DNA of 63,999 bases, counting the filler, from an uncultured bacterium (GTDB taxonomy: Bacteria > DAOPZR01): NCBI GenBank assembly GCA_964637655.1. It is 10 parts of 10 records of this genome, joined end to end, with 100 filler letters (N's around TTAATTAATTAA, not from the genome) between each part and the next. Parts side by side here need not be neighbours in the genome. Positions count along the whole stretch, not along the records: positions 52,281 to 58,663 come from CAZWUZ010000225.1; positions 58,764 to 63,999 come from CAZWUZ010000267.1; 8 more parts are not named here. The stretch is one strand, 5' to 3'. The first letter of the stretch is position 1, and every line of letters begins with the position of its first letter. The notes below the pieces were generated by a model that saw only the letters and a list, made by a program, of their open reading frames with translations, was not told where the DNA came from and made no database searches. Of the stretch, positions 53,423 through 61,399 are shown piece by piece. The position numbers were made by a program, and so were the translations under genes.

Positions 53423-54957
53423 AATTCCCCCTGCCGCACAGCGTCCATGTGCGCCTCGCGCTCTGGACCACCGGGGTGATGGCGCTGCTGCTCCTGTTTT
53501 TCGCGGTCCTCTTCCACGAACGGCTCGCCACCGTGCTGAGCGCCACGCAGGACGGGCTGCTCTTCAACCGCGCCGTCGCCATCGCCTCGGGGTTCACCCC
53601 CGGGCGCGGGCTGGTCCCGCCGCCGCCCGACGCGCGGCCGGGCGGCGAGGCCAGTGACCGCGAACGACGCTGGCGCGAGCGCGACGACGATGACAGCCCG
53701 TCCTGGCGCGACCGCCGCCGTGCGGAGCGCGGCGATAACGAGGGGGAACGCGGGCGTGACCGCCGCTGGCGCGGTCCGCGCCGCCCTGACGAGCCGCTCA
53801 TCCGCATCCTCGAGCGCGGGCGGCAGCATCACGGCGATTACTGCATCGTCATCACCGACAGCGCCGGCAGCGTGGTCGAATGCTCGCGCCACATGACCTA
53901 CGCGGTCGCCGCGTTCCCCGCGCACCCCGTGCAGGCGCAGTTTTTCACCGCGGCTGATACCGCAGGCATCGTCTCGCGTTTCGTCGCCTACCCGCTGCAG
54001 ACCCCCGAGGGACCGCACACGCTCTACGTCGGGCAGGCGCGCGACCGGGTCGAGGAGCCGCTGCAGCGCATCCGTCTCTTTCTCGCCGTCGTCGTGCCGT
54101 GCGGCATCCTGCTGCTCGCCCTCGGCAGTTATTTCATCGCCGCGCGCGGACTCCGCCCGCTGCGCCGCCTCGCGCACGATGCCGCAGGCATGGACGGGCA
54201 CGACGCCACCGCGCGGCTCGCGGTGCCCGCGCGGCGCGACGAGGTGGCGGAACTCGCCGGCGCCTTCAACGGGCTGCTGACGCGCATCGCCGCCGCCACG
54301 GCGCGGCAGCGGCAGTTCACCGCCGACGCCGCCCATGAACTGCGCACCCCGCTGGCCGGGCTGAAGAGCCGCCTGCAGGTGGCGCGCCGGCGCGAACGCA
54401 GCGCCGACGAATACCGCTCGCTGCTCGCCGCGCTCGAAACCGACACGCGCCATCTCGAGTCGCTGCTCGACGGGCTGCTGCTGCTCGCCCGGCTCGACCA
54501 CGCGCGGGAACTCCCTGTGGCGCCCGTACCGCTACGGACACTGCTCGACGCGCTGGCCGCCGGCCCGCACGCTGCCGGGCTGCGCCTGACGCTCACCGTG
54601 CCGGACGCCGTGAGCGTGCGCGGCAGCGAGACCCTGCTGCGCCAGCTCTTCAGCAACCTGCTCGACAACGCGCGCAAGTACGCGGGAGAAAGCGCTGCCG
54701 TCAACATCGCCGCAGCCGCGGATGCCGGCCGGATCGTCGTCACGGTCGCTGACAACGGGCCGGGCGTGCCGCCCGACGTGCTGCCGCAGATATTCGACCG
54801 TTTCTACAAGGGGGACAGCGCGCGCAGCGAGCGCGGCAGCGCCGGGCTCGGCCTGGCCATCGTCGCGGCCATCGCCGCCGCGCACGGCGGCAGCGTCGCT
54901 GCCGCCGCCGGCGACCCGCGCGGCCTGCGCTTCACTATCACGCTTCCCGCCGCCTGA
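53419..54957 (+). CDS. Membrane sensor histidine kinase with HAMP
   Basis: Two TMs, HAMP, AAHELRTPL, NLLDNARKY, DNGPG, GLGL. Confidence 0.93.
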   Translation: MKFPLPHSVHVRLALWTTGVMALLLLFFAVLFHERLATVLSATQDGLLFNRAVAIASGFTPGRGLVPPPPDARPGGEASDRERRWRERDDDDSPSWRDRRRAERGDNEGERGRDRRWRGPRRPDEPLIRILERGRQHHGDYCIVITDSAGSVVECSRHMTYAVAAFPAHPVQAQFFTAADTAGIVSRFVAYPLQTPEGPHTLYVGQARDRVEEPLQRIRLFLAVVVPCGILLLALGSYFIAARGLRPLRRLAHDAAGMDGHDATARLAVPARRDEVAELAGAFNGLLTRIAAATARQRQFTADAAHELRTPLAGLKSRLQVARRRERSADEYRSLLAALETDTRHLESLLDGLLLLARLDHARELPVAPVPLRTLLDALAAGPHAAGLRLTLTVPDAVSVRGSETLLRQLFSNLLDNARKYAGESAAVNIAAAADAGRIVVTVADNGPGVPPDVLPQIFDRFYKGDSARSERGSAGLGLAIVAAIAAAHGGSVAAAAGDPRGLRFTITLPAA

Positions 54958-55004
54958 CAGTACGCTGCTGCCTGCAAGTATGCTACACTTCCTCCGGATT
55001 GTCC

Positions 55005-55808
55005 ATGCGGGAGGATGTCTTGGCTAACCTGTCCCAGCAGCGCCTGCGCCGGCTCGTACTCAATCTGCGTCTGCTGTGGTCCAATCTGACTGTCGGCTGC
55101 CGCAGCCGACTCAGTTGCCTCCGTGCAGGTCTGTATTTTCCAAAATTTCTCGAATACCCACTGGTTCGACACCATCTTGGGAACATAGCAGATAAAACTG
55201 TGCTCGACCTTGGCGCAAATTACCGATATTTCACCGTCTGGCTGGCCACCGCACGACAGGCAAGAATTATCGCTGTCGACCTGCTGCATCAGCCGCTGAC
55301 ACTCTACCGCCGGCTTCCCTTCGTGCAGCAACATCCGCAATGCATACTTCCCTGCACGGCAACACTCACCGCACTACCGCTTTCTGACGCAACGGTAGAT
55401 GCTGTCTGCTGTGTCAGCACGATCGAACACATCAGCAATGATACTACCGTCATGCAGGAAATCGCCCGGGTGCTCAAACCGGGCGGCCGGGCGGTCGTGT
55501 CGTTCCCTTGTGCCGCCCGCGGGATCGTGAATCCCAACCCCGACTTCACCCAGACACGGCTGTATGATGAACAGGATGTTCGTCTTCGCCTGTTCGAACC
55601 CTCCGGCTTGCGCTGCGATACAATCGAATGGTGGCAGATAGCGGACACCACAACCGACGGCCGCGAAGGCTACTTACGCGGGATACTATACAGCCTGTTT
55701 CGCTATCGCCGCGTTGCTTCTTGCGTGAGAATGGGCAGCAACGCCCTGCATACCGCCGTTCTGGTTCTCTCCAAACCGTTGCCCAGCGACCGGCAAGCCA
55801 GCCACTAA
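55005..55808 (+). CDS. Class I SAM-dependent methyltransferase
   Basis: EYP, VLDLGA, VSTIEH, RVLKPGG; lower GC than neighbours. Confidence 0.82.
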   Translation: MREDVLANLSQQRLRRLVLNLRLLWSNLTVGCRSRLSCLRAGLYFPKFLEYPLVRHHLGNIADKTVLDLGANYRYFTVWLATARQARIIAVDLLHQPLTLYRRLPFVQQHPQCILPCTATLTALPLSDATVDAVCCVSTIEHISNDTTVMQEIARVLKPGGRAVVSFPCAARGIVNPNPDFTQTRLYDEQDVRLRLFEPSGLRCDTIEWWQIADTTTDGREGYLRGILYSLFRYRRVASCVRMGSNALHTAVLVLSKPLPSDRQASH

Positions 55809-55809
55809 G

Positions 55810-56891
55810 TCAGGCGGGGGCGGATTCGGCGGCGAAGGCCGCGTCGAAACGTTCGTGACAGACGCGGAAGGCGTCGAGCAGGCGCGGATCGAAATGTTCC
55901 GGGCGCACGCGCCCGTCACCCGCGAGGATAATGCGCACTGCTTCCGCATGTGACAGCGGCTCCTTGTAGGGGCGCCGGCTGCGCAGCGCGTCATAGACAT
56001 CCGCCAGCAGCATAATGCGCGCCGCCAGCGGGATCTGCTCGCCGCGCAGCCCCTGCGGATAGCCCGACCCGTCCCAGTGCTCGTGATGACCCAGCGCGAT
56101 CTCCGCCGCCATCGCCAGCGACGGTTCGTCCCCGCCCTGCAAAATGGCAAAACCCTGTTCCGGATGGCGCCGCATCACTGACCATTCCCCGTCGCTGAGC
56201 GGCCCGTGCTTGAGCAGCACGCTGTCAGGCACCCCGACCTTGCCGATATCGTGCATCGGCGCCACCCAGGCGATCATCGCGGCAAAATCGGGCGACTTGC
56301 CGAGCGCCTCGGCGAGGGTGCGGCAGTATTCGCCGGTGCGGCGGATATGCGCGCCCGTTTCCGGGTCGCGGCATTCGCCCGCCCGCGTCAGACGGGCGAT
56401 GGTTTCACGATAGGCATGCTGCAGCGCGGCATGCGCCGCCTGCAACTGCGCCGTGCGTGCCGCCACCTGCCTTTCCAGCAGATGCGCATGGTGCTGCAGG
56501 AAATCCTCGTATTCCTTCAGGTGCAGGTTGTTGCGCAGCAACAGCGTCAGTTCATCCTGCACCACCGGCTTGTTGAGAAAACGCGCAGGCGGTTCTCGTG
56601 CGAATTGAGCGCGGTGAGGATGATAACCGGGATATGCGCCGTTGCCGCGTCCGCCTTGAGCGCGCGCAACGCGGTAAACCCGTCCATGACCGGCATAGTG
56701 ACGTCGAGGATAACGAGGTCAGGTGGCTGCGCCGCCACAGCATCCAGCGCCGCCTGCCCGTTGGCCGCCTCACGCACCGTATAGCCGAGATGCTCGCAGA
56801 GCACGCGCAGCAGGTAGCGGTTCTGCTCCTCGTCATCGACGACCAGAATCTCGAACAGGCGCTTGTCCGGCACCTGTCCGGCATCGCTCAC
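55810..56891 (-). pseudogene. REC + HD-GYP c-di-GMP phosphodiesterase, frameshifted near 56582
   Basis: REC in one frame to ENRLR; FLNKPVVQDEL...HDIGK, HHEHWDGSGYP, RPYK in another frame. Confidence 0.8.
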
Positions 56892-58078
56892 GGCAGCAGG
56901 CCCAGCCGTTTCGCTACACTCTCGACATCCTTGTCACCGCGCCCCGAGAGACAGACGACGATTTTCTTCCCGCGCGCGCCGGCGGCAACCAGTTGCGGCA
57001 GGTACGCGAGCGCATGCGACGATTCGAGCGCGGGGATGATCCCCTCGGTCTGCGTCAGGTTGCGGAAGGCGGCCAGCGCCTCGTCGTCGGTGGCGCTGAC
57101 ATAGGTGGCGATGCCCCGGTCCTTGAAGTGCGCATGTTCCGGGCCGACCCCGGGATAATCGAGTCCGGCGGAGATCGAGTGCGCGGTCTGCACCTGCCCA
57201 TGCTCGTCCATCAGCAGATACGACAGCGAGCCGTGCAGCACACCGGGCCGCCCCGCGGTAAGTGAAGCGCCATGTTTGCCGCTTGCCAGCCCGAGCCCGC
57301 CCGCCTCCACCCCGACCATCCGCACTTTGTCCGCGACATCGACAAAGGGATGGAAAAGCCCGAGCGAGTTGCTCCCCGCCCCGACACAGGCGACGAGGTA
57401 GTCAGGCAGACCGCCGCACTGCTGTGCAAACTGCGCGCGCGCCTCGAGCCCGATGACGCGCTGGAAATCGCGCACGATTTCCGGGTAGGGTGCGGGACCG
57501 ATGGTCGAGCCGATGAGATAATAGCTGTCAGCGACATTGGTCACCCAGTCGCGGATCGCTTCGGTGCAGGCGTCCTTGAGCGTTTTGCTGCCGCTGTCGA
57601 CGGGACAGACCTCCGCCCCGAGCAGTTTCATCCGCACGACATTGAGCGCCTGCCGCCCGGTGTCCTCGCGTCCCATGTAGACCGTGCATTTCCGGTTGAA
57701 CAGCGCCGCCACCGTGGCGGTCGCCACCCCGTGCTGCCCCGCGCCCGTCTCCGCGATGATGCGCTGCTTGCCCATCTGCACCGCGAGCAGCACCTGCCCG
57801 AGCGTGTTGTTGATCTTGTGCGCCCCGGTATGCGTCAGGTCCTCGCGCTTGAGCCAGATCTCCGCGCCGAGTTGCGCCGACAGGCGCTGCGCATGGTACA
57901 GCGGGGTCGGCCGCCCCGCATACTGCTGCAGGTAGCCGTCGAGTTCGCGCTGCGCCCCGGGATTCTTTTTGAACGCCGCGTATGCCTGCTGCAGTTCCGC
58001 CAGCGCCCCCATGAGTATCTCGGGCGCGAACTGCCCGCCAGAGGGGCCGAAATAACCCGGCCGCGTGTTGTCTGTCAT
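56888..58078 (-). CDS. trpB: Tryptophan synthase beta chain
   Basis: [53 protein letters not shown]. Confidence 0.96.
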   Translation of the reverse strand: MTDNTRPGYFGPSGGQFAPEILMGALAELQQAYAAFKKNPGAQRELDGYLQQYAGRPTPLYHAQRLSAQLGAEIWLKREDLTHTGAHKINNTLGQVLLAVQMGKQRIIAETGAGQHGVATATVAALFNRKCTVYMGREDTGRQALNVVRMKLLGAEVCPVDSGSKTLKDACTEAIRDWVTNVADSYYLIGSTIGPAPYPEIVRDFQRVIGLEARAQFAQQCGGLPDYLVACVGAGSNSLGLFHPFVDVADKVRMVGVEAGGLGLASGKHGASLTAGRPGVLHGSLSYLLMDEHGQVQTAHSISAGLDYPGVGPEHAHFKDRGIATYVSATDDEALAAFRNLTQTEGIIPALESSHALAYLPQLVAAGARGKKIVVCLSGRGDKDVESVAKRLGLLP

Positions 58079-58100
58079 GGTCGCCTCCACCGCTGCCGCC

Positions 58101-58129
58101 ATTATACTTGACATGCTCCTGTCCATCAA
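58101..58129 (-). promoter_or_regulatory. sigma70 promoter for trpB
   Basis: TTGATG-N17-TATAAT. Confidence 0.7.
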
Positions 58130-58136
58130 TTAGTAT
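58108..58136 (+). promoter_or_regulatory. sigma70 promoter toward the histone gene
   Basis: TTGACA-N17-TAGTAT. Confidence 0.7.
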
Positions 58137-58144
58137 CTCGCGCG

Positions 58145-58250
58145 GTAACTGTTCAGCCACCCTCACCCTCCCCTCCCCCGCCGCAGGCAGGAGAGGGTGG
58201 TCACCTTCCCCCTCTTAGAGGGGGAAGGTTGGATGAGGGTGAATGGTTGC
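58145..58250. mobile_element. 106-bp IS66-type MITE containing the 84-nt structured repeat (copy B)
   Basis: Ends gtaactgttcagcc / gggtgaatggttgc (10/14 inverted match), flanked by ctcgcgcg / cttgcgcg (7/8 direct repeat). Confidence 0.7.
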
Positions 58251-58299
58251 CTTGCGCGAAGCAAACTACGGCCTGCTACGGCTGACAGGGAGGCGGAAC

Positions 58300-58479
58300 A
58301 TGGCAGATATGGACCTGGTGGTGAAGAGCAAAGTGAAGGAATTCGTCAACGGCAAGGACATGAGCTGCAGCAGCGAAGCCGTCGACGCGCTCAGCGGCAA
58401 GGTGGCGGCGATCCTCGCAGCGGCAATTGCGCGCGCCAAAGAGAACGGCCGCAAGACCGTGAAGGCCTGCGACCTGTAA
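58300..58479 (+). CDS. Bacterial histone (single histone fold, 59 aa)
   Basis: MADMDLVVKSKVKEFVNGKDMSCSSEAVDALSGKVAAILAAAIARAKENGRKTVKACDL: RKTV-x3-D motif and a GGAGG RBS. Confidence 0.88.
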   Translation: MADMDLVVKSKVKEFVNGKDMSCSSEAVDALSGKVAAILAAAIARAKENGRKTVKACDL

Positions 58480-58494
58480 TCGTGCACCGGCATC

Positions 58495-58529
58495 ACCGGG
58501 CCCGCCTCCTGGCGGGTCCGGTTTTTTTT
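58495..58529 (+). terminator. Rho-independent terminator after the histone gene
   Basis: accgggcccgcc-tcct-ggcgggtccggt followed by a T-run. Confidence 0.9.
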
Positions 58530-58663
58530 ATGGTCGTTGCGTGCTCCGGCCCCATGACGATCACCCCACCATCAGTGATTCCGCATCTGGGCAAGCCTAA
58601 CAGCTAAGCAGGGACGGCAGCAGTCTCTTCTCAAACGGCAGAGCATATTCGCTTTCGCAAAAT

Positions 58664-58763
58664 NNNNNNNNNNNNNNNNNNNNNNNNNNNNNNNNNNNNN
58701 NNNNNNNTTAATTAATTAANNNNNNNNNNNNNNNNNNNNNNNNNNNNNNNNNNNNNNNNNNNN
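58664..58763. other. Artificial contig spacer
   Basis: N-run with linker. Confidence 0.98.
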
Positions 58764-60246
58764 TGATGACGTTGGCGGTGATGAAGACCGTGATGTTCGA
58801 CTTGTCCGAGTAGCGCCGGTCATGGCTGAACAGGCGGCCGAACAGCGGGATGCGGCCGAGCAGCGGGATATGGTCGTTCCCCTGCTGCGACTGGTCCTGC
58901 ATCAGCCCGGCGATGACCAGCGTGCCGCCGTCGCGCAGCATCACCGTCACGTTGGTCGTGCGCTCGTTGATCAGCGGCAGCTGCACCGGGTACTGCGCGT
59001 TCCCCGCCGAGGCGAGGTCGGAGAGGATGCTCACCGTCGGCTGCACCGTCATGGTGACGATGTCGTCGTTGCCGATGGTCGGGGTGACATTCAGCGAAAT
59101 GCCCGTCTCCACCGTCGAGATGGTCGGGGTCCCGCTGGTGATCTGCCCGTTGTCGTCGTAGGTGTAGGTGTAGCCCGAGATGTAGGCCTGCGACGAGGTG
59201 ATGTTCACCGACGCCGCCTGCCCGTTCACCGTCGTTACCCGCGGGGCGGAGAGCAGGTTCAGTTTCCCCTGCTTTTCCAGCGCGCGCAGCGTCCCCGCCA
59301 GGTTGGTGATGGCCAGGTCCTTGAGGTTGCCCGTGGCCGCGTTCAACACCATGGCGATCCCCCCGGAACTGTGCGAGGTGCCCGGATCGAGCGGGTTGGT
59401 CTGCCCGGTGAGGGTGGTGTTGCGGAAACTGGTGTAGCCGAGATCCCAGTTGAGCCCGAGTTCTTCGGTCGCGGCTTCGGTCAGTTCGACAAATTTCGCC
59501 TCGATCATCACCTGCGCCGTGGTCTGCTCGTCGAGCCGGTTGATGAACCGCCCGATGGTCTCGATGTTCTCCGGGGTGTCGATGACGATCAGCGAGTTGG
59601 TGCTGGCATCGACGATGATCTGCCCGTCCTCCGACAGCATCGAGGAAAGCACCGTGCTGAGGTCGCTGGCCGAGCGGCTGCGCGGGGTGAACAGCTTGGT
59701 GACGACCGTGGTGTCCGACAGCGTCAGCCGCCCTTCCACCAGCTGCGCCAGCAGCGGGGCCTCCTCGCCGGGAAGCAGCAGCCCGTCGGTGACTTCGGAA
59801 AAGTAGACGCGCGCGAGGTTCATTACCTTGGCGCGGGTGGCGGCGTCGCGGACGAAGCCGCGCACCAGCCAGGTGTTGTTCGGCTGCTGCTGCACGTCAG
59901 CGTCATACACGCCGGTGATCTTCGCCGCGTCGCTGGCGAACATCTGCGCCCGCGTCAGCACCTGCAGCGAGAACTGCCGCACTTCGCGGTTGTCGTCCCA
60001 CACGTGCAGGGTGGTGACCCCCGCAGCGGTGCCGTTGAGCATCAGTTCGTCGTGCCCGGTGACCGTGACGGTGACCAGGCCGGCGGTGCCGACCGCGACC
60101 CGGGCGATGCCGTTGGGGAAGCGGACCACCTTGCTGTCGCCCACCCCGACGCGGATGAGCGGGATGTCGGGCGAGGCGGCCCAGGCGGCGAGTGCGAGGA
60201 CGATGACGGCCAGCAGGCCGGACAGCAGGATGTGTGGATTCTTCAT
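58764..60246 (-). CDS. Secretin with a CpaC/RcpA-type N-terminus (3' partial)
   Basis: Signal peptide; IARVAVG...GVTTLHVWD; D-STNSLIV-D N3 repeat; QVMIEAKFVE; IPLLGRIPLFGRLF. Confidence 0.88.
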
Positions 60247-60257
60247 GGCCGGCCTCC

Positions 60258-61271
60258 TCACCATTCCCTGACTTCTTGGGTGGTCGACACGGCACCGTTG
60301 AAGACCTCGACGGTCTGCCGCACGCCGTGCCCGAGCAGGGTTTCCGTCGTCGCGTTCTCCGCGTCACGCACGGTGCGCTGCACCGGGGAACGCAGGACGA
60401 AGCGCACCTCCGAGGCGTGCTTGCCCGCGAAAGTCAGTTTCTCCGCCTCGCGCGGGGTCACCGCCAGCGTGATGAAGGCGAAGGCCGCGTTGGTGTCGCT
60501 CCGGTCGATTGCCTGGTTCAGCGCCAGCACTTCCGCCGTCTGCACGATGGTGCGCGTGACGTCCACCCCGGCGTAATGCTCCTCGAAGCGCGCGATGACG
60601 TCGACGATATCGCCCTGCTTGATCATGAAGTTGTTCACCAGGTCGGGCGCCTTTGCCGGCATGGTGATCGCCCGCTTGTAGATCGGGATCAGGTAGGAGA
60701 GCTGCGCCGGGCCCTGCGCGAACAGGTCGCTGATGGTCAGCAGATGCCCCGCCCGCAGCCCGGTGCGCGTTACCTTGCGCAGGAAGTCGTTCCGGCGCGC
60801 CCAGTCGATGTAGGCGGCGGGGGCCTCTTCAAACAGCGCCACCTCGAGCAGGTCATTGGTGATAATTGTGTTGGGCGGGACGTCCATCTTCAGCGCGATG
60901 GCCTGGATCATTCCTTCACGCAGCGCGGCGGTCATGACCGCCGCGCCTGAATCAATCTCCTGCAGCGTCACGAATTCCTTGGCGCGCAGCGTGTCCGGGC
61001 TCGTCAGGGCGCCCGCCGGAGTCGGGGCGGTATCACGCCGCACGTACACCATCTCGGGCTTGACTAAGGTGCCGCGCGGAATCGGCTGTTTGGCGAGCAA
61101 AACCGGGTACGTCGGCGGTGCGACCGGGCGGGTGTCCACCGGGGCCGCGACGGGCGGCGGGGCAGGGGGCGTGCTCCCCTTGATGTACTTCGTGTAGACG
61201 ACGGCAGTCACCAGGCCAACGGCGATGATGCCGAGCACGACGGCAATGAGTATCAGCGATTTGTTCTGCAT
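60258..61271 (-). CDS. cpaB: Flp pilus assembly protein CpaB/RcpC with two SAF domains
   Basis: TM, SAF repeats (LAKQPIPRGT, ALKMDVPPNT), KRAIT, GDIVDVI, ITLAVTPREAEKL, FVLRS. Confidence 0.85.
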   Translation of the reverse strand: MQNKSLILIAVVLGIIAVGLVTAVVYTKYIKGSTPPAPPPVAAPVDTRPVAPPTYPVLLAKQPIPRGTLVKPEMVYVRRDTAPTPAGALTSPDTLRAKEFVTLQEIDSGAAVMTAALREGMIQAIALKMDVPPNTIITNDLLEVALFEEAPAAYIDWARRNDFLRKVTRTGLRAGHLLTISDLFAQGPAQLSYLIPIYKRAITMPAKAPDLVNNFMIKQGDIVDVIARFEEHYAGVDVTRTIVQTAEVLALNQAIDRSDTNAAFAFITLAVTPREAEKLTFAGKHASEVRFVLRSPVQRTVRDAENATTETLLGHGVRQTVEVFNGAVSTTQEVREW

Positions 61272-61336
61272 CTGTCGAGCACCTCGTCCGACACGTAGTT
61301 CAGTCCTTGCCCCTCCCCCCCCATTTTTGTTGAGTT

Positions 61337-61365
61337 ATTCTACCATAGCGCTGGTACGTTGTCAA
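61337..61365 (-). promoter_or_regulatory. sigma70 promoter for cpaB-secretin
   Basis: TTGACA-N17-TAGAAT with extended TG. Confidence 0.75.
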
Positions 61366-61399
61366 GTGCTTATAATTATGGATACAAAAAGAGGATGTC

